Below are positions 8,910-17,364 of a stretch of 30,007 nt of DNA, piece by piece. Origin of the DNA: Patescibacteria group bacterium. GTDB taxonomy: Bacteria; Patescibacteriota; Gracilibacteria; UBA1369; PNNO01. The notes beneath the pieces are model-generated. The model was not told the DNA's origin. It saw only the letters and a program-made list of their open reading frames with translations, and searched no databases. Every line of letters starts with the position of its first letter. Within the stretch, counting starts at the first letter, position 1. Location of the stretch: assembly GCA_018821175.1 (NCBI GenBank), contig JAHJMX010000089.1, positions 1 through 30,007 of the forward strand. The letters are read 5' to 3'. A program made the position numbers and the translations under genes.

Positions 8910-9085
8910 TGATTTAATTTAGTTGAATAAGAATCGATAAAAGGTTAAGTGAAAGCTAAGAGATTGAATTTTAAATTTGAAAAAAATGACATTGAATTTA
9001 GATATATTTTTAGTTAGTAGACGGTAAAAAGCCATTACTGCGCGTTGCAGTAATATCGATTCAAATTCGGGGCTAAGTTAGATCA
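8910..9085 (+). ncRNA. Candidate 6S RNA-like rod-shaped RNA
   Basis: 8910-8939 pairs with 9054-9085 (GAATCGATA/TATCGATTC perfect; outer part closes with G-U pairs). Asymmetric central bubble with a 3' hairpin ATTACTGC/GCAGTAAT (9034-9054). Apical stem 8954-8980 with 8992-9015. About 176 nt, promoter upstream, terminator downstream. Confidence 0.55.
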
Positions 9086-9110
9086 GTGTTGCCATAACAC
9101 TAACTTTTTT
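9085..9110 (+). terminator. Intrinsic terminator-like hairpin immediately before rny
   Basis: AGTGTT-GCCAT-AACACT then AACTTTTTT; rny ATG follows at 9113. Confidence 0.5.
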
Positions 9111-9112
9111 GT

Positions 9113-10639
9113 ATGGATAGCATGTTAATTTTACTGGCCTTAGTAGGGCTTGGAGCGGGAACGGTGGGTGGTTATTTTTATAGAAAAAATGTCGTTGAAT
9201 CGAAGAACAGAGATTTGAATGAAAAAAGTGCGCAATTACTTAAAGACGCACAAAACAAAGCTAAAGATCTTCTTTTTGAAGCCAAGAATAATTCTTTTAA
9301 ATTGCTTGATGAAGCAAAGAAAGATGAGCGCATGAAGCGTGAACAGCTTCATAAAATTGAACAAAGACTTGTTTCAAAGGAACAGATTCTTGAAAAAAAA
9401 TCTGAAGATGCAGATAAACTAAAAGAGGAACTTGAAAATAAAGTTACTTCTGTTAAACGTCTTCGTGAAGAGGTGCAAAAAATTCAAGAAATGCAAGAAG
9501 TGGAACTTGAGAAAGTTGCACAAATGTCTAAGGAAGACGCTAAAGCAATTCTTCTTAAAAAGGTTGAGGATGATACTAAAGAAGTTTTGGTTGAGCAGAT
9601 CAAGAAGACTGAAAAAGAGGTCAAAGATCAGGCTGCACAAAAAGCAAAATATATTATCGCTGAGGCGGTCCAAAAATATGCCGCTGAAACTACAGTTGAA
9701 TCTACAGCTACAATAGTAAGTCTTCCTTCTGATGATATGAAGGGACGTATTATTGGGCGTGAAGGTAGAAATATTAATACATTTGAAGAGATTACAGGTG
9801 TGGATGTGATTGTTGATGATACACCAGGATCAATTGTTATTTCCGGATTTGATCTAGTGCGTCGTTATGTCGCAAAAATTACACTTGAACGTTTGATTTC
9901 TGATGGACGTATTCATCCAGCTAGAATTGAAGAAACTTATGAAAAAGTTAAAGGTGAAGTTGGGCAACTTGTGAAAGAGCTTGGTGAAAAAGCTGCTTTT
10001 GATGTTGGTGTTGCTGGGCTTCATCCAAATCTTGTTAAACTTCTTGGACGGCTTAAATTTAGAGTTAGTCATGGGCAAAATGTTCTTAAGCATTCAATGG
10101 AAGTTGCATTTATAGCTGCTAATCTTGCTTCTGAGCTTGGAGCTGATGTGAATATTTGTAAACGTGCTGGATTGCTTCACGATATTGGTAAGGCAGTTGA
10201 TCATGAAGTGCAAGGAAATCATGCTGCGATTGGTCGTGATATTGCTAAGAAATTTGGGATTAGTCCTGCAGTGATTCATTGTATCGAGTCGCATAATGAT
10301 TACATTGAAGCTGATTCATTAGAAGCAATGATTGTTTCTGCGGCTAATGCAATTGCAAATTCTCGACCTGGTGCAAGTAAGGATAATTTAGATAATTATA
10401 TAAAACGTTTGGATGAGCTTGAAAATGTATGTTCAACATTTGAAGGAGTTGAAAAATCATTTGCAATTCAATCTGGAACTGAGGTGCGAGTATTCGTTAA
10501 TCCAACTAATGTAGATGATTTGGGTGCGGTTAAATTGTCGCATGAGATTACGCGTAAGATTGAACGTGACTTGCAGTATCCGGGCCAAATAAAGGTTAAT
10601 GTTATACGGGAAACGAGAGATGAAGCTTATGCAAAGTAA
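9113..10639 (+). CDS. rny: Ribonuclease Y
   Basis: N-terminal TM, coiled coil, KH domain (MKGRIIGREGRNI), HD domain (QNVLKHS...LLHDIGK), C-terminal YPGQIKVNVIRETR. Confidence 0.97.
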   Translation: MDSMLILLALVGLGAGTVGGYFYRKNVVESKNRDLNEKSAQLLKDAQNKAKDLLFEAKNNSFKLLDEAKKDERMKREQLHKIEQRLVSKEQILEKKSEDADKLKEELENKVTSVKRLREEVQKIQEMQEVELEKVAQMSKEDAKAILLKKVEDDTKEVLVEQIKKTEKEVKDQAAQKAKYIIAEAVQKYAAETTVESTATIVSLPSDDMKGRIIGREGRNINTFEEITGVDVIVDDTPGSIVISGFDLVRRYVAKITLERLISDGRIHPARIEETYEKVKGEVGQLVKELGEKAAFDVGVAGLHPNLVKLLGRLKFRVSHGQNVLKHSMEVAFIAANLASELGADVNICKRAGLLHDIGKAVDHEVQGNHAAIGRDIAKKFGISPAVIHCIESHNDYIEADSLEAMIVSAANAIANSRPGASKDNLDNYIKRLDELENVCSTFEGVEKSFAIQSGTEVRVFVNPTNVDDLGAVKLSHEITRKIERDLQYPGQIKVNVIRETRDEAYAK

Positions 10640-10653
10640 TTAGAAATTATTAG

Positions 10654-10681
10654 GAGAGGTTAATTTGTAACCTCTCTTTTT
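10654..10681 (+). terminator. Intrinsic terminator after rny
   Basis: GAGAGGTTA-ATTTG-TAACCTCTC perfect 9-bp stem followed by TTTTT. Confidence 0.8.
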
Positions 10682-10744
10682 AAAATACGTTATAAAAACC
10701 TGAATAAGATTAAAAAATAAATCTCAACCCCTTAACATTCTATT

Positions 10745-11812
10745 ATGAAAAAACTCCTATTGCTTGTAATGGCGTTTGGAATGTTTGCTGTAATTACACC
10801 CGCAGTTTTTGCAACAGATGTTTGCTCAGACACGCCAGAATCAAGTGCTGATTTTTACGTGGAAACTTCGCGTGCTTCTTGGCTCATGGGCCAATCATGT
10901 ACAGATTCTAATGTTGTCACTACTATGCCGCAAGGTTCGGTTATGCATGTAATTGGTATGACTGAGTATTGGCATAAGCTTGTTACTGAAGAGGGGCAAG
11001 TTGGATGGATGTGGGTTGATTTTGTACAGCCAACATCTAAGACTTTTAATCCTGTTAGTGCGGAGCCTGAACCAGTGGTTATTTCGGATCCAGTTGTTGA
11101 AGAACCAGTTGTGTATAGTCCAATGTATGATATCGCAGGATATAAATACGAAACAGCTGTTTGGTATGTATACAATCAAGGAATTGTACAAGGATATCCA
11201 GATGGGGCATATCAACCAGACAGAGTTATCAATCGTGCAGAGCTGTTGAAGATTATTATTGAGGCAGCCTATGATGATGAATTTGCATCATATGGGAATC
11301 AGAGTTGTTTCTCAGATGTTCCAGCAGGACAGTGGTATACGCCTTATATATGTTTTGCAAAACATGCAGGGATTGTACAGGGATATGGTGATGGAAGTTT
11401 CCAGCCAGCAGCAGAAATTAACTTTGTAGAAGCACTTAAAATGGCGCTAGTTGGATTTGGGCATGAATATACAGAAGGAGATCCATGGTACAAAGATATT
11501 GTGCAACTTGGAGGCAATGAAAGAGCGATTCCAATGGACATCAAATCATTTTCGGTAGCGTTCACCCGCGGACAAATGGCAGAGATGATTACTAAGATAA
11601 TGAAAGGGCAGGATGGAACTTTGGAAGAATATGTGAATAACTTAGTTTATTATAATTACAATGTTAATTATGGAACTATTGATGCTGGTATTGATATGGA
11701 AGATGCGTATAAAAATGGACAGTGTCTTTGGGACTTAACAGTTTATGATACTGGTGAATTTAATGATGCTGGAATGGAGTGTAAAAATGGAGACTGGTTG
11801 TTTATAGATTAA
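10745..11812 (+). CDS. Exported SH3b + S-layer homology (SLH) domain protein, paralogue 1
   Basis: Signal peptide; SH3b-like VVTTMPQGSVMHVIGMTEYWHKLVTEEGQVGWM; SLH repeats GIVQGYPDGAYQPDRVINRAE, FSDVPAGQWY, GYGDGSFQPAAEINFVEALKM. Confidence 0.85.
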   Translation: MKKLLLLVMAFGMFAVITPAVFATDVCSDTPESSADFYVETSRASWLMGQSCTDSNVVTTMPQGSVMHVIGMTEYWHKLVTEEGQVGWMWVDFVQPTSKTFNPVSAEPEPVVISDPVVEEPVVYSPMYDIAGYKYETAVWYVYNQGIVQGYPDGAYQPDRVINRAELLKIIIEAAYDDEFASYGNQSCFSDVPAGQWYTPYICFAKHAGIVQGYGDGSFQPAAEINFVEALKMALVGFGHEYTEGDPWYKDIVQLGGNERAIPMDIKSFSVAFTRGQMAEMITKIMKGQDGTLEEYVNNLVYYNYNVNYGTIDAGIDMEDAYKNGQCLWDLTVYDTGEFNDAGMECKNGDWLFID

Positions 11813-12578
11813 ATAATTTCAAACCCTTTAACTTTATAAGTATGAAAAAAACGCTTCTAGGAGTAGCGGTTGCAGCAATTATGTCTTCGATACTATTTGT
11901 ATCGGCGGCTTTTGCGACAGACATTTGTAGCAACACTCCACTATCAAGTGCAAATTTCAATGTAGAAACTACTTCTGCAGTTTATTTGCGCGACATTTCG
12001 TGTATGGATTCAAACATTACTGCAACTTTGCCAGCTGGAGAAGTTTTGCATGTAATTGGTCTGACTGAAGGATGGCACAAAATTGAACGTGCTGATGGTA
12101 GTACTGGATGGCTTTGGGAGACTTTTTTAACTTCTACTACAAAGCCTTTCAATGCAGTGGTAACAACTCCGGAACCAGTCGTGGTCCCAGTTGTGGAGGA
12201 GCCAACTTTGTATAGTCCGATGTACGATATTTCAGGATACAAGTATGAAAATGCAATTTGGTATGTATACAATCAAGGGATTGTTGGAGGATATCCAGAC
12301 GGATCATATCAAGCAAATAGAGTGATCAACCGTGCAGAGCTTTTAAAAATAATAGTTGAGGCAGCATATGATAATGAATTCGCGTCATATGGGAATTCGA
12401 GCTGTTTCTCAGACGTTCCAGCTGGGGAGTGGTATACACCTTATGTGTGTTTCGCAAAATCAGAAGGAATTGTACAAGGATATGCAGATGGGAGTTTTAA
12501 ACCAGCAGCAGAAATTAACTTTGTAGAAGCTTTGAAGATGGCGATGGTTGGATTTGGGCATGAATATACAGAAGGAGA
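11405..12578 (+). repeat. Near-identical DNA blocks shared by the tandem SLH paralogues
   Basis: 29-nt exact match 11405-11433 = 12502-12530; 32-nt exact match 11450-11481 = 12547-12578. Confidence 0.85.
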
Positions 12579-13293
12579 ACCATGGTACAAAAATATCGTT
12601 GAACTTGGAGGAGCAGAAAAAGCAATTCCAATCGACATCAAATCATTCTCAGTAGCCTTTACACGCGGGCAAATGGCAGAGATGATTACAAGAGTGATGA
12701 AAGGTAATGATGGCGTTTTGGAAGACTATCTTGGAGTTGAAGTATACAACAACTACACAGTTACATATGCAACTATTGATGCAGGAATTGATGTAGAAGA
12801 TTTAGTTGGAAGTGGGCAATGCGTTTCTTCTGCAGGGGTTGTTTACAACGATGGAGTTTCATTTGAAATGAGTGAATGTACAACTTGTATGTGTGCAGAC
12901 GGGAACTGGCTTTGTACAGGACTTTGTATGCCAGAGGAAGAGACAGTTATTTATACTAACGAAGAACAGGCATTTACTCTTGAACTTCCAGGGACGTGGG
13001 TTGATGTGGTTGCACAGCAATTGCCTGGGGACGAGATTTTTATTAAATCTTCAGTAGATGAGGATAGATATTTTGATATTATATTTTATGGACTTCAATA
13101 TGGGGATGCAATGATTCTCGATGAGGGGCAAGTTAGAACTGTACTGATTGGAGAAACTCCAGAATATGCAATTTTAATGAGAACCTTTGATTGTAAAAAT
13201 AGTATGCCGAGTTGTGCTGTTGAGGATGAAATTGATTCAACAATACAGGATGAGCTAGAAATGATTCTTGAAACGTTTACTTTGATTCAATAA
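11842..13293 (+). CDS. Exported SH3b + SLH domain protein, paralogue 2, with Cys-rich module and extra C-terminal domain
   Basis: Same SH3b/SLH architecture as 10745-11812, followed by C...YNDGVSF...CTTCMCADGNWLCTGLC and about 120 further residues. Confidence 0.85.
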   Translation: MKKTLLGVAVAAIMSSILFVSAAFATDICSNTPLSSANFNVETTSAVYLRDISCMDSNITATLPAGEVLHVIGLTEGWHKIERADGSTGWLWETFLTSTTKPFNAVVTTPEPVVVPVVEEPTLYSPMYDISGYKYENAIWYVYNQGIVGGYPDGSYQANRVINRAELLKIIVEAAYDNEFASYGNSSCFSDVPAGEWYTPYVCFAKSEGIVQGYADGSFKPAAEINFVEALKMAMVGFGHEYTEGEPWYKNIVELGGAEKAIPIDIKSFSVAFTRGQMAEMITRVMKGNDGVLEDYLGVEVYNNYTVTYATIDAGIDVEDLVGSGQCVSSAGVVYNDGVSFEMSECTTCMCADGNWLCTGLCMPEEETVIYTNEEQAFTLELPGTWVDVVAQQLPGDEIFIKSSVDEDRYFDIIFYGLQYGDAMILDEGQVRTVLIGETPEYAILMRTFDCKNSMPSCAVEDEIDSTIQDELEMILETFTLIQ

Positions 13294-13305
13294 ATTCATT
13301 TAAAC

Positions 13306-13333
13306 TTGACTAGAGGATTTAGCACTTTATAAT
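13306..13333 (+). promoter_or_regulatory. Sigma70 promoter of groESL
   Basis: TTGACT (13306-13311), 16-nt spacer, TATAAT (13328-13333). Confidence 0.75.
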
Positions 13334-13345
13334 ACTGAGTGCTAA
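13319..13345. promoter_or_regulatory. CIRCE element (HrcA operator)
   Basis: TTAGCACTT-N9-GAGTGCTAA against consensus TTAGCACTC-N9-GAGTGCTAA (one mismatch), directly upstream of groES. Confidence 0.92.
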
Positions 13346-13394
13346 ATCCTTTTTATTTACGTCTTAGCATTTTGTATCTTTAACTATTTTCAAT

Positions 13395-13694
13395 ATGGCA
13401 AAAATCATACCTGTATCAGATAATTTGGTTGTTGAAGCCCTTGAGGCCGAGAAAACTGCTTCTGGGATTATTATTCCTGATACTGCTTCAAAAGAAAAAC
13501 CTCAAAAGGGGAAAGTAATTGCTGCTGGTCCTGGAAAAGTTGGTGATGATAATGAACGTATTCCAATGGAGGTGAAAGAAGGGGATACTATACTTTTCAA
13601 ATTTCAAGAATGGGGCGCTACAAAAGTAAAAGTTGATGGTAAAGAACTTTTGGTTTTGAAAGCTGATGATGTGCTTGGAATTTTCCAAGATTAA
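13395..13694 (+). CDS. groES: Co-chaperonin GroES
   Basis: IIPVSDNLVVE...KTASGIIIPDTASKEKPQKGKVIAAGPGK...VKEGDTILF...DDVLGI. Confidence 0.98.
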   Translation: MAKIIPVSDNLVVEALEAEKTASGIIIPDTASKEKPQKGKVIAAGPGKVGDDNERIPMEVKEGDTILFKFQEWGATKVKVDGKELLVLKADDVLGIFQD

Positions 13695-13720
13695 TTCGTA
13701 CATAAAAATTCATACTTTAA

Positions 13721-15397
<1,677 letters not shown>

Positions 15398-15430
15398 AAA
15401 CTTTTCTTCTTAAAGTAATCAAAATCAATT

Positions 15431-15474
15431 AGCTTCTCGTTGGCAAAAAATTGCTTATGGGGAGCTTTTGTTTT
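15431..15474 (+). terminator. Intrinsic terminator after groEL
   Basis: AGCTTCTCGT (15431-15440) pairs with ATGGGGAGCT (15457-15466) using G-U pairs; inner GGCAA/TTGCT stem; then TTTGTTTT. Confidence 0.65.
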
Positions 15475-15507
15475 AGGATTCATTGTAGTGTTAAAAACGG
15501 AATTTTC

Positions 15508-15549
15508 AAAAACTTCTTTTGCATGTAATTATGTGAGAGAAGTTTTTTT
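15508..15549. terminator. Second hairpin downstream of groEL
   Basis: AAAAACTTCT (15508-15517) and AGAAGTTTTT (15538-15547) form a perfect 10-bp inverted repeat, extended inward by G-U pairs, with A/T tracts on both sides. Confidence 0.45.
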
Positions 15550-15578
15550 GTAAGAATATTTTATTCGTACATCTCTTA

Positions 15579-15587
15579 TGCTATAAT
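15579..15587 (+). promoter_or_regulatory. Extended -10 promoter (TGnTATAAT)
   Basis: TGCTATAAT 28 nt before ATG 15615; no convincing -35. Confidence 0.55.
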
Positions 15588-15614
15588 CTGCCGTAGAAAA
15601 TAATAATTCTAAGT

Positions 15615-16037
15615 ATGGTAAATCAAAAAAAATCTAAATTAATAGATGGGCCGAGGCGTGTTATGAAAATAATGAAAAATGCTATCACTTTGCAAGATGA
15701 TGATTTTGTGATTAATCAAATTGATGGGGATAAGGTTGATAATGATGAAGTTAATGTTGATAAAGGTTATTCACATGGAGCAATCGGGGTATCTCAAGTC
15801 CCGGAAGCTGCTGAAAAGGTTAAGGTTAGTTTTGGGAATTTCGCAAAGCTTGTTGCAAATAGGAATTTTGAAGACGTTATTGAAATGAATAAAGATGAAG
15901 ATGTGATTGTGAGCAGTAATTTACTTGCAGATTTAGCTAATTCTCATGAAAATGAAGGAGAACGCAGAATTCCAGCAGTTTTTGTTGTTGGAGTTTTAAT
16001 CGGGATTGTCATTACATACATTCTTTTAACTTATTAA
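15615..16037 (+). CDS. Hypothetical acidic protein with a single C-terminal TM helix
   Basis: 140-aa ORF with its own promoter; ends RRIPAVFVVGVLIGIVITYILLTY; 6 nt before pyrH. Confidence 0.7.
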   Translation: MVNQKKSKLIDGPRRVMKIMKNAITLQDDDFVINQIDGDKVDNDEVNVDKGYSHGAIGVSQVPEAAEKVKVSFGNFAKLVANRNFEDVIEMNKDEDVIVSSNLLADLANSHENEGERRIPAVFVVGVLIGIVITYILLTY

Positions 16038-16043
16038 TATACG

Positions 16044-16762
16044 ATGGATATGTCTTCTGAGATAAAATATAAGAGAGTCTTACTTAAGTTGTCCGGAGAA
16101 GTTTTAGCAGGGAAATATGAGTCTGGTATTGATGTGGAATATGTTGCTGAGCTTTGTGAAGAAATTGCAGAATTACATGAAATGGGAGTTCAAATCGCAT
16201 TAGTAGTTGGTGGAGGAAATATATGGAGATACAGAGATTTTAAAGATTCAGGAATTGAGAGAATCATGTCGGACAATATGGGTATGATGGCAACAGTTAT
16301 GAATGGATCAGCTTTAAAAGGAGCTTTTGAAAAACTAGGACTTGAATGTCGTGTTTCTTCTGCTCTCCATGTTCGCCAGGTTGCTGAGGATTATTTGCCA
16401 CCACGAGGACGTCATCATTTAGAGCAAAATAGAATAGTTGTTTGCGTTGGGGGGACAGGAAGTCCTTTCTTTACAACTGATTCTGCTGCTGCACTTCGTG
16501 CACTTGAGCTTAATTGTGATATCTTGTTAAAAGCGACAAAGGTTGATGGGGTTTACGATAGTGATCCTGAAACTGATCCAACAGCAAAAAAATATGATGA
16601 AATTTCTATACTGAAATGCTTGCAAAAGATTTAAGAGTAATGGATTTGACTGCGATTTCATTGTGTAAGGATGGGAATATGCCAATTCTTGTTTTCAATT
16701 TAAAGAAAGGAAATATGAAGAAGGCGATTTTTGGTGAAAAAATAGGAACTATTGTTTCATAA
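16044..16762 (+). pseudogene. pyrH: UMP kinase PyrH, frameshifted as sequenced (1-nt deletion near 16605-16608)
   Basis: RVLLKLSGE, VVGGGNIWR, GGTGSPFFTTDSAAALRALE, KATKVDGVYDSDP. Frame 0 stops at 16634; the canonical C-terminus [32 protein letters not shown]...GEKIGTIVS* continues in the -1 frame from 16607 to TAA 16760-16762. May be a sequencing error. Confidence 0.9.
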
Positions 16763-16791
16763 ATTTTTAATTTAATAAAATAATCAATAAT

Positions 16792-17352
16792 ATGCCTACA
16801 TCGAAGTATCATCAAGCCGCGAAGGTTGAGTTTGCTAAAGCAATTGATCATTTGGAATTCGGATATTCTAAATTGCAAATGGGACGTGCTAATGCTGGTT
16901 TAGTTGAAGATGTAAAAGTTGAATCTTATGGTGTGCAACAACCACTGAAAGCAGTTGCATCTGTTTCTTGTCCAGATTCACGAACAATTCAAATCCAACC
17001 ATGGGATCGTTCGAATTTAAGTTCAATTGAAGTTGCAATTCAGATGTCAGGACTTAATTTGACTCCAATTAATGATGGGATTTGTGTAAGACTTAATATT
17101 CCACCTTTGACAGAAGAAAGAAGAAAAGATTTAACAAAAGTTGTGCACAAATTAGAGGAAGAGGCTCGCATTGCTGTTCGCAATGCTCGCCAAATTGCTC
17201 ATGATGGCCTTAAAAAATTGTTTAGTGACAAAGAAATAAGTGAAGATGATTTTCATGGATCAAGCAAGAAACTACAAGATGATGTTGATAGTGTGAATAG
17301 AGAGATTGAATCTTTGTCTAAGGCAAAAGATAAAGATATTATGACTGTATAA
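16792..17352 (+). CDS. frr: Ribosome recycling factor
   Basis: LQMGRANAGLVEDVKVESYG, IQIQPWD, LNLTPINDG, RLNIPPLTEERRKDLTK, RIAVRNAR. Confidence 0.97.
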   Translation: MPTSKYHQAAKVEFAKAIDHLEFGYSKLQMGRANAGLVEDVKVESYGVQQPLKAVASVSCPDSRTIQIQPWDRSNLSSIEVAIQMSGLNLTPINDGICVRLNIPPLTEERRKDLTKVVHKLEEEARIAVRNARQIAHDGLKKLFSDKEISEDDFHGSSKKLQDDVDSVNREIESLSKAKDKDIMTV

Positions 17353-17364
17353 TAATTCATTAAA

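Noticed and set aside
8986-9027. uORF MTLNLDIFLVSRR as an attenuator leader peptide
   Set aside because: No run of a regulatory amino acid and no initiation signal; it lies inside the predicted RNA stem. Kept only as an alternative in the 6S finding.
16586-16592. A-AAA-AAA slippery heptamer as the cause of the pyrH frameshift
   Set aside because: A -1 shift there meets TGA TGA at once, and even read as Gly it would replace the conserved YDEIS segment.
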